DNA of 64,000 nucleotides from an uncultured Ignavibacteriota bacterium (GTDB lineage Bacteria; Bacteroidota; Ignavibacteria; Palsa-1295): NCBI GenBank assembly GCA_903900335.1, contig CAIUMP010000021.1, positions 44,075 to 108,074 of the forward strand, read 5' to 3'. Shown piece by piece: positions 1 to 7,517 of this stretch (position 1 is its first letter; each line of letters starts with the position of its first letter). The notes under the pieces were generated by a model. It saw only the letters and a program-made list of their open reading frames with translations, ran no database searches and was not told where the DNA came from. The position numbers and the translations under genes were made by a program.

Positions 1-660
1 ATTGCGCTGGTTTTGGCAACCACTGCAGTGCCAATATTCGCGCAGTCGGACTCCTCGCTTGCTGCTGTGCGAGTGCTGTCGAAGCATGCGATCATTTTTC
101 CCATCTCGCTTCTGATCCCTGAGGGAATCCGTGAAGGCTATGATATCCGAGCCTTCCTAGCAAGTCCCGAATTCGGACGATTTGATTCAACACACGCGCC
201 GGAGGAGGCAATGGATGAAGTCTACTACACAGCACTTGGCTACAGTCACGGTGCCTTGTCTTCAGCCCTTCTGGCAACGATGTTCGGGGTCATTGAGCAT
301 GAGCACATTCCAGTCGCATTCTTTGGCTCAGAGTTAGACATCCCGCTCACCAGCGAAAGCCACAGGCGCTTTCTTGAGCGATGGTCACATCTGCCAACCC
401 ACGTCTATCACACATCCGAAGATGACAGGGACAAGCTACAACATTTCTTTGCGAGCGCGTGGTTAAAGGAGGCGCTTGGTATGGATTGGCTGGCGAAGCT
501 ATCGGGAAATCTGGTGGAGGTGGTTGAAGATCTATTCTTCGTAGGCGGATTTGAGGACCCTCGGGACGTTCATGCAAATCGAGATGGAATACGCTTTTCA
601 CTGGATGCTGAACGCAGGCTTGATAGCCGTCCATCCAAGGCCTTGACACGGAATCCCTAA
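1..660 (+). CDS. Hypothetical protein, probably 5'-truncated by the window edge
   Basis: Frame +1 is open from base 1 to the TAA at 658-660 (ORF track 13..660, TTG start). No recognisable motif. Confidence 0.6.
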   Translation: MALVLATTAVPIFAQSDSSLAAVRVLSKHAIIFPISLLIPEGIREGYDIRAFLASPEFGRFDSTHAPEEAMDEVYYTALGYSHGALSSALLATMFGVIEHEHIPVAFFGSELDIPLTSESHRRFLERWSHLPTHVYHTSEDDRDKLQHFFASAWLKEALGMDWLAKLSGNLVEVVEDLFFVGGFEDPRDVHANRDGIRFSLDAERRLDSRPSKALTRNP

Positions 661-710
661 GGGTGAACTTTCGGAAGCCTTTGTCTGGTTACTTTGAAAA
701 TTATTGACCA

Positions 711-1172
711 ATGGCAAAGCAATACTGGCTCTTAAAATCTGACGCAGAATCTTATTCTTTCGGCGATCTGAAACGTGATGGCTCGACGGCATGGACCGGT
801 GTGCGAAATTATCAAGCGCGCAATTACATGCGCGACGATATGAAGCCAGGTGACAAGGCATTCTTTTATCATTCAAACACAGATATTCCGGGGATCGTCG
901 GGGTGTGCGAAATTGCCAGCACTTCATTCCCGGATGACATGGCCTTCGACCCGAAGGACAGCCACTTCGATCCCAAATCCACCAACGAAAAGCCGATCTG
1001 GTGCGCGGTGGAAGTGAAGTATGTAAAGCATTTCAAGAATCCGATCACACTCGAAGAGCTTCGGAAGCTGGAAGGGTTGGAGAAGATGGTCATACTTCAA
1101 AAAGGCTCGCGTCTTTCGATTACCCCGGTTACAGAGGGGGAGTGGAAGGTTGTGATGGATGTGGCGAAATAG
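711..1172 (+). CDS. EVE domain-containing protein (THYN1-like)
   Basis: YWLLKS, WTGVRNYQARNYMRD, FFYHSN and RLSITPV motifs typical of EVE domains. Confidence 0.93.
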   Translation: MAKQYWLLKSDAESYSFGDLKRDGSTAWTGVRNYQARNYMRDDMKPGDKAFFYHSNTDIPGIVGVCEIASTSFPDDMAFDPKDSHFDPKSTNEKPIWCAVEVKYVKHFKNPITLEELRKLEGLEKMVILQKGSRLSITPVTEGEWKVVMDVAK

Positions 1173-1195
1173 GGGACCAAGCTTCAAGGGTCCGA

Positions 1196-2281
1196 TTACT
1201 CAGACAGGGCGATCGTCATCTTACTCATCGCCAATAACACATTTTGCATATCCTCCGGAAGTGGGACCGACCACTCCATTAATTCATTCGTTGTAGGGTG
1301 GTGTAGCCGCAGAGCGCGGGCGTGAAGCGCTTGGCGTGGTAATTTAGTCAGCAGGTTTTCTACCCACTGCTTGAAGTGTGGTACGTCTTGCCTGGTGAGA
1401 TTCATGGCGCGCCCCGAATAGACAGCATCGCCGAAGACGGGATGTCCGAGGTGCTGCAAGTGAACACGAATCTGGTGGGTGCGTCCCGTTTGTAGTTTGA
1501 GTTCGACGAATGTAAATCCAAGAAATTCCTCTAAAACAAAGTAGTCCGTAATGGCTACTTTGCCACCCTCATCTACCACGGTAAATCGCTTCCGATCCTT
1601 CGGATGACGTGCGATCTGCGTTTCTATCCGGCCAAATTGTTGTTTGGGGTTGCCCCATACGATGGCATTGTAGATCCGATGCGCGGTGTGAAGGTAGAAC
1701 TGACGAGCCAGATTGCGGTGGGCTTCTTCCGTCTTGGCTACGACGAGCAGACCGGATGTGTCTTTGTCGAGACGGTGGACGATGCCTGGCCGGTTGGGAT
1801 CGCTCCCAGGGTGGGTGGCGCTGAACTCAGAGATGTGATGCAGCAGAGCGTTGACGAGCGTGCCTGTGGTGCTCCCATGCGCTGGATGGACAACCATTCC
1901 CGGAGGTTTATTGACCACAAGCAGTGCGTTGTCCTCGTAAACGATATCAATGGGAATGTCTTCGGCCTGGGCCCGCATTCGCGGCGGACGCGGGATGGTG
2001 ATCTGGAACAGATCCCCACCGCGCACTTTGTAAGAAGACTTATCAAGCCTGACGCCGTTGACAGTAACAGCACCTGCCGCAATCGCATCATGGACCTTGG
2101 TGCGCGAGCTGTTTGCAATCATACGCGCAAGAAATTGATCAACGCGTTCAGGGCGCTCACCCTTGGGAACCGGAACTTCGAGGATACGCTCGGTAGCTTG
2201 GGTCGCTTCAAGCTGCTCTTGATCTTCCTCTTCCTGGCTTAGGTCGTCAAGGTCCCCAGCCAGATCATCAAGCGGTGACAT
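1196..2281 (-). CDS. rluD: RluA-family 23S rRNA pseudouridine synthase with S4 domain (RluD-like)
   Basis: N-terminal S4-like segment, VNKPPGMVVHP, catalytic HRLDKDTSG, TGRTHQIRVH, QALHA. Lies next to lspA. Confidence 0.93.
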   Translation of the reverse strand: MSPLDDLAGDLDDLSQEEEDQEQLEATQATERILEVPVPKGERPERVDQFLARMIANSSRTKVHDAIAAGAVTVNGVRLDKSSYKVRGGDLFQITIPRPPRMRAQAEDIPIDIVYEDNALLVVNKPPGMVVHPAHGSTTGTLVNALLHHISEFSATHPGSDPNRPGIVHRLDKDTSGLLVVAKTEEAHRNLARQFYLHTAHRIYNAIVWGNPKQQFGRIETQIARHPKDRKRFTVVDEGGKVAITDYFVLEEFLGFTFVELKLQTGRTHQIRVHLQHLGHPVFGDAVYSGRAMNLTRQDVPHFKQWVENLLTKLPRQALHARALRLHHPTTNELMEWSVPLPEDMQNVLLAMSKMTIALSE

Positions 2282-2879
2282 GGTCGTCGAGCTCGGTCGT
2301 GCCTACCATGTCGGCTGGATCTCTTGGATCAGCGAGAGGAAGAGCGGAAGGGTCGATCGCTGGTTCGGCGGTTTTATGTCTCATCATCAGAATGATGAGT
2401 AATGTCACACCGACAGTGACAGCAGAATCCGCGACATTGAATACGGGAAACCAGTTCTGCTTGTATCCAAAATCGACAAAATCGACCACACGGCCGTAGA
2501 ATAAGGGCTGCTCATGGAAGAACACGCCATAAAACACACGGTCGATCAGGTTGCCAACGGCGCCTCCAAGTATCAGAGAAAGCGCAATGCGCTCGCCAGT
2601 CAGGAGGCGAGCGAGATTATGTTTAAGGTACCAGAGAATCGCGATTGACGCGACGATCGAGAATACTGCAAAAACTACCTTGAACCCAGGAATCGTAATG
2701 CCAAACGCAATTCCCGCATTTTCGATATAGGTGATGCGGACGATGTCATCGATGAACTTCATCGAGCTGCCATACGGCATTCCATGGAAAGGAATGAAGT
2801 TCCATGGCGATCCCTTGACGAGCAGCTTTGTGAGCTGATCGACAGCGACGACGACGAGAGTGATCCAAAGCACGGCCAC
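2268..2879 (-). CDS. lspA: Lipoprotein signal peptidase II
   Basis: DQLTK, NAGIAFG, GAVGNLIDR, VVDF and FNVADS motifs. GTG start. Confidence 0.96.
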   Translation of the reverse strand: MAVLWITLVVVAVDQLTKLLVKGSPWNFIPFHGMPYGSSMKFIDDIVRITYIENAGIAFGITIPGFKVVFAVFSIVASIAILWYLKHNLARLLTGERIALSLILGGAVGNLIDRVFYGVFFHEQPLFYGRVVDFVDFGYKQNWFPVFNVADSAVTVGVTLLIILMMRHKTAEPAIDPSALPLADPRDPADMVGTTELDDHVTA

Positions 2880-2900
2880 GAAGTTTTCTTTTAAACGTGG

Positions 2901-3923
2901 TTAGTCTGCGCTTGCGACGGGGTCTTCGATCTCCCGGCCATTGGCATCCACGCTGAGTTTCTTCGCGTTGGCCTTATTCTTACAATCTACGTGCTTTTGC
3001 GTAATCGGCACGGCCTGGAGACGTCCCTTTTCAATCAGGCCACCACATACCATACAAATACCGTAGGTACCGCGAGTTATGCGTTCCAAGGCCTCATCCA
3101 GCTTCTTAATGTAGTCACTCGTGCGCTGGGCATGTAAGAACGTCTTTTCCCGCTCAGCGGCATCCGTGCCCTGCTCTGCAGTATGCATGGAGTAATTCTG
3201 GTTGTCCGCCTCGAATTCGCCGGAAGTGTCAAGGATATTCTGACTGAGGATGTCAAATTCCTCTTTTGCTTCTTGGCGCTGCTCGATGAGCAGAGCTTTG
3301 AAGGCCTCCAGATCCTTAGATCCGTAGCGCTCTTTAGCTGTCGCCAGAATCTCAGAATCGTTAGCGGTCAAACGCATGGGAGGTGCAGACTTAGAGGTGG
3401 CGCGAACAGCGCCAGGAGTGGAAGGAGTTGTCTTCTTGATGTCGGTAGATGCCATAGTTGAATTTCTTTTCGACGCAGCGGCAGTTCCGCCTGTCTTGGA
3501 GGACCCAGCCGCTGATTTCAGCGTAGCGGCGGAGGTAGCAGCGGCCCGGATGGAGGATCGTACACCGGTGGGTGCCGCAATTTTCGAACCCGTTTTAGAA
3601 TTAGAAAGAGATTTCTTTTTAGGAGCTGGTGACTTCACCTTTGAAACCGCAGAGGAAGCCATCTTCTTTGGCGGTGCGGATTTCCGAATAACCTTCTTGG
3701 CGATCACCTGCTTTGGAGCGGCCTTTTTAGGGGCTGGTCTTGAGGCAGCACGTGTCGGTAGTTTGGATGTCGGCTTGCTAGCACGAGCGATTGGCTTCTT
3801 AGGCGCAACTGCCTTATTCTTTGCTGGCTTCGACGCAGCACTCTTCGATGAAACTACCTTCTTCGAAGGCTTGGATGCACCCTTCTTCGGAGACATCGCG
3901 ACCTTTTTGGTTGATTTCGCCAT
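2901..3923 (-). CDS. dksA: TraR/DksA-family transcription factor with long Lys/Ala/Pro-rich N-terminal extension
   Basis: C-terminal coiled coil, ALERITRGTYGICMVCG and RLQAVP. The start is placed at ATG 3923 (MAKSTKK) rather than TTG 3962. Confidence 0.85.
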   Translation of the reverse strand: MAKSTKKVAMSPKKGASKPSKKVVSSKSAASKPAKNKAVAPKKPIARASKPTSKLPTRAASRPAPKKAAPKQVIAKKVIRKSAPPKKMASSAVSKVKSPAPKKKSLSNSKTGSKIAAPTGVRSSIRAAATSAATLKSAAGSSKTGGTAAASKRNSTMASTDIKKTTPSTPGAVRATSKSAPPMRLTANDSEILATAKERYGSKDLEAFKALLIEQRQEAKEEFDILSQNILDTSGEFEADNQNYSMHTAEQGTDAAEREKTFLHAQRTSDYIKKLDEALERITRGTYGICMVCGGLIEKGRLQAVPITQKHVDCKNKANAKKLSVDANGREIEDPVASAD

Positions 3924-4232
3924 AGGTGTGACAATGGTTCGGAATACTGACCCTCGCCTCAAAAACAGAACATTCTGCGAGAAAGTCCTTATTTCTAAAC
4001 GGATGAGTCAAAACACCCTTACGTGTGAAAGAATCCTGAAATTAGTATCGAGATCACGGAAAACAATCCTTCACCGTTCATCTCTCATCTTTTCCCCGCA
4101 CTCCGCTCCCCTTACTCCGCAATCGCCATTTTTTTTTGCGTTTTAAATTCATAAAGGCACCACTTTCTTGAAAGGCAGACTTTCTAAAGGATGGATTTGT
4201 ATATAAGAACTTGATGTGTGTGTCCGGAAACT

Positions 4233-4399
4233 GTTCATGAACGGACGTCCCCTCCCCGAAATTCTTAATTCTTAACTCTAAATTCCTAATTGAAAAGGGT
4301 GCCCCTATTCTCTCAATTGAGTGTTCATTTAATGAACTCCCTCCCCCTCCCCAAATTCTTCATTCTTAATTTTCAATTCCTAATTGACAACGGGTGCCC
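4233..4399. repeat. Two degenerate direct repeats of about 72-77 bp, each built of a GTTCAT..GAAC palindrome, a C-tract, AATTCTT-like heptamers and GGGTGCCC
   Basis: Copy 1 at 4233-4304, copy 2 at 4323-4399. Shared core CCCCTCCCC-(G)AAATTCTTmATTCTTAAyTyymAATTCCTAATTGAmAA-GGGTGCCC. Confidence 0.85.
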
Positions 4400-4624
4400 G
4401 TCTCATTACCTGTAACATAACACATCCAAAACTCAAAGTCAAGAGCTTCCCTAATTTTTTGAGAATATTTTTCCCGCGTGGCTCGGTGTGCCCCCGCTCA
4501 CGACCCTTGAATCCGTAATGACAAGATAATAGGATGGGTGGTAATTTGGTAATAGCTCCCCACTAAGTTTACTCGCGTTCGATAACACAACACCTTTTTA
4601 CACGAGCACAATTTCGAAATTACT

Positions 4625-5248
4625 ATGAACAACTCAGCACCACAATCCTGGTATGACTTCCCCGCAATGCAGCCGATGGACCCACGCTCCATCGTGCAGG
4701 TCATTCAACTCACCGACAACGCCGCCGCCGTGCAGACCGGTCAGTTTCAATACAGCGGGACGTGGCTACAGACCGTGACCTGGGGCAATCCGCCCATTGC
4801 CACTTCGCCTTTCGTCCCAGGGACGATACCCATCGTGAGCGTTCCAAACGTCAATGATTACGAGTCACAAAATATCGCGATTGCATGGAATGCCTCCCAC
4901 GCGATGACGGTTAACAATAACAAGCTTCCGGTATGCGTGAACAACATCATGTTTCTCAAGGCAGGCACCGCGTTCGTTAATACGCTCTTCTTCGATTGGA
5001 CGGGCATCATCACCGCGACCGACATCCAATTCTCCTTCCGCGATAACTCGGTAACGAGCGGAATGTTTATGAACGGAGCAACGGGCCTTGTTCCGGTTTT
5101 CACATTCCCGAGCACCTCCACGTATGGTGCCTTTGCAATGAAGCTTCAGGTCACCCTCCTCCAGCCGGGCCGCTATACCGTTGGCCTCCGCATTCACGAC
5201 AGCGCAGGAACGTGGAGTTTATATGAAATGCAGTGGATCGTTCTATAA
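4625..5248 (+). CDS. Hypothetical beta-rich protein, 207 aa, no signal peptide
   Basis: Clean ATG-started ORF with an A/T-rich leader. The C-terminal PGRYTVGLRIHDSAG resembles a PKD/Ig-like strand pattern. Confidence 0.75.
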   Translation: MNNSAPQSWYDFPAMQPMDPRSIVQVIQLTDNAAAVQTGQFQYSGTWLQTVTWGNPPIATSPFVPGTIPIVSVPNVNDYESQNIAIAWNASHAMTVNNNKLPVCVNNIMFLKAGTAFVNTLFFDWTGIITATDIQFSFRDNSVTSGMFMNGATGLVPVFTFPSTSTYGAFAMKLQVTLLQPGRYTVGLRIHDSAGTWSLYEMQWIVL

Positions 5249-5273
5249 TCACTAAACGGTAAGGAACGCCCAA

Positions 5274-7046
5274 ATGCAGACCAGCCTCATCGGAGTACCG
5301 ACTATTCTTCAGTCTCCTCCTACCATCGTGCCTCCGCCACCAGTTGGCGGAGGTGGGGCCGCGCCTGCATTTGCAGGCGGATGGTTTGAGCAGATACCAC
5401 AAGTTGGGCCGCTGGCGGGGTTGGGCACAACGGCTGATGCATCCGGCGCAATAAGTAACACGGTTGTTGGCCACGATGGGAAACACTTCCAGTTTCTGAA
5501 GGAGGGCAGAGAGTGGCAAAACAGCATTCCGCTTGACTTTGGCGGACATCCTTGTAAGAACGGGGGGGATTGCGGGTGCGGCGGAACGTGCAAGGCCACC
5601 AACAGGACGAATCGAGATCCATCATCGGTCAACGGATCGATTGCGGAGACTTCCAAACGGAATCTTGATGAGAATCCAGGTCTTAAGCAACTCCTTACGA
5701 ATAACTTTAAAGTAACGGCGGGTATGGGGGTTGCTGCGCGAGTTGACCAAGGAATAACTCAACCCGCAAGAGTTACCATTGACACCCCCGTATCGAAGTT
5801 AGTGGCTGCGTTCGATGTTGCGAAGGAAGGAAACATATTCACCTTCTCATGCCAGTACGATACAGGAGTAACTGAAACAATTATTAGCGAGGTGGAGCGT
5901 AGCGGAGTTGTGCGTGTTCGAATAAACGACATCTCGAATCTTCGGAATATCTTAGACATCCGTTATCATCTGAATGGAGGCTACTGGATGTTGAATAATA
6001 GGATAGTAGTCTCTGCAAAAGATGCAAATCTTGCTAAGTTCGGTCTGGGAGCTTGGATATCGTTTTATACTCTGCGTTCCAGTCTTGCTCACGATGAAGT
6101 TGGTCCAGGGAGTCGTGCACAGGAGAATGCAGCCATGCCAGGTTCGATCGCAACCGGCTTGGGTAGTGTACTTGGATATCCTGCACCCCGCATACTTTCG
6201 GCAGGTGGTGGTGGTGACAATGATATTATGGAGCCAGAACCCCCTGGTGGGCCCTGTATCAACCACAATCTTATTTGCGACTTTCCTGTTCCGATACCGC
6301 AATGGGGGTTCACAGGACCCAAAATTGGAATGCTGAATTCCGACCAGAAGACCATGTGGTTTGCTGGATTCCCTTGTATTCTCCCTATCGAAATAAACAT
6401 TGCCGATTGTTGTTTTACCCATGATATTGCCTATTGGTGCTCATCAGATAGGGGCGAGTCACGCCTCGCGGACAATAACGTAGCTGGTTGTGTTGCCGGT
6501 AGGTTGATAAATGCGATCCTCGACGCATATGATAATTTCTGGTCCATGCTCTGTATGGGCCTCGTCACTATCTTTGACCCTTGGGTTACTCTAGCCACAC
6601 TTTTTGATTTTGGAGTGGTTTATGTTGAAACCATCGCCGAGATTGTAACAGCACTTGAAATCTTCGCGCCGTATGATGCATCAAAGCAGTGGAAATTTGG
6701 CCCGGATGGAATCCATAAGGACAGTTGTCTTTGTGGTGGAACCTTGCCTACCGCACCCTGTCGGGATGACAAGTCGGGTATGGATAAGCCCATGACCAAC
6801 CGCCAAAAGGAATGTCGGGATCTTTGTTTGGAAATACCTGCAGCAAAGGAAAGAGAAAAATGCATCAATTGCGGATGGAAGTGTAATTATGAAAGGCTAA
6901 TCCCAAAGGGATATAAGGTTACTAAGTCATTTGATCCTGGCGAAAATAATCCAACACAGAAGAAATGTTGCTTCGGGACATCACAGTATTGTACACAGGA
7001 TTTTATAGGTCCTGACTGCCCACCTGTACCACACATGACTCAATAA
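5274..7046 (+). CDS. Cys-rich protein with phospholipase A2-like domain (putative toxin/effector)
   Basis: DCCFTHDIAYWC (6405-6440) followed by RxxADxxVxxCV. About 25 Cys in total, and an N-terminal CKNGGDCGCGGTC. Confidence 0.7.
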   Translation: MQTSLIGVPTILQSPPTIVPPPPVGGGGAAPAFAGGWFEQIPQVGPLAGLGTTADASGAISNTVVGHDGKHFQFLKEGREWQNSIPLDFGGHPCKNGGDCGCGGTCKATNRTNRDPSSVNGSIAETSKRNLDENPGLKQLLTNNFKVTAGMGVAARVDQGITQPARVTIDTPVSKLVAAFDVAKEGNIFTFSCQYDTGVTETIISEVERSGVVRVRINDISNLRNILDIRYHLNGGYWMLNNRIVVSAKDANLAKFGLGAWISFYTLRSSLAHDEVGPGSRAQENAAMPGSIATGLGSVLGYPAPRILSAGGGGDNDIMEPEPPGGPCINHNLICDFPVPIPQWGFTGPKIGMLNSDQKTMWFAGFPCILPIEINIADCCFTHDIAYWCSSDRGESRLADNNVAGCVAGRLINAILDAYDNFWSMLCMGLVTIFDPWVTLATLFDFGVVYVETIAEIVTALEIFAPYDASKQWKFGPDGIHKDSCLCGGTLPTAPCRDDKSGMDKPMTNRQKECRDLCLEIPAAKEREKCINCGWKCNYERLIPKGYKVTKSFDPGENNPTQKKCCFGTSQYCTQDFIGPDCPPVPHMTQ

Positions 7047-7053
7047 TCAGTCT

Positions 7054-7479
7054 ATGAACTTCTCCTTTCTAAAAAATATCGAGATCCGCCGTCATCTCAC
7101 TATCTGCACAGTCGTCATTTTTGCTTCTGTAGTAGGAATGGGTTCATGCCAAACCGATTTCGGCCCGGATGCTTTAGTCCCCGACCCTTCATTCGTGGAT
7201 TTCAAATCTGTTCAGCTTGATTCCTGTACGCACGCTCCAATCTATTTTCTCAATCATAAGAACTTTACGCTTCGACTTCGTGCTACTATTTCAAATCGTG
7301 AGTTCTCGTTCCGTGACACGACTAATCTAAAAGACTCGCTTCCAATGGCTATGTCAACGGCGATCTCGGTTTACTTTTGCCCGAAGGTGGCTGGCTTATT
7401 TCGGGACACTGTCCACCTTATTGGCTCAGACGGGGTGACTTACGCTTCGGTTCCGCTCTCCGGTATCGGCGTGCCTTAA
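7054..7479 (+). CDS. Putative lipoprotein with a single Ig-like (ASH/choice-of-anchor D-like) domain
   Basis: Hydrophobic stretch ending VVGMGS-C. The VDFKSV ... VYFCPKVAGLFRDTVHL ... VPLSGIG pattern is typical of ASH-type Ig domains. Confidence 0.65.
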   Translation: MNFSFLKNIEIRRHLTICTVVIFASVVGMGSCQTDFGPDALVPDPSFVDFKSVQLDSCTHAPIYFLNHKNFTLRLRATISNREFSFRDTTNLKDSLPMAMSTAISVYFCPKVAGLFRDTVHLIGSDGVTYASVPLSGIGVP

Positions 7480-7483
7480 GTGT

Positions 7484-7507
7484 GTAGGTCGAGCGTCCTC
7501 GCTCGAC
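7484..7507 (+). repeat. GTAG-type REP-like hairpin; may also act as a terminator between convergent genes
   Basis: GTAG followed by GTCGAGCG-tcct-CGCTCGAC, a perfect 8-bp stem. Confidence 0.7.
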
Positions 7508-7517
7508 ATTTCACTGC

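Noticed and set aside
711-1172. EVE protein as part of a modification-dependent defence system
   Set aside because: It is a stand-alone THYN1-like EVE with no adjacent recognisable nuclease or toxin. The upstream ORF is truncated and unassignable.
4233-4399. CRISPR-like array
   Set aside because: Only two degenerate, low-complexity units, no regular unique spacers and no cas genes.
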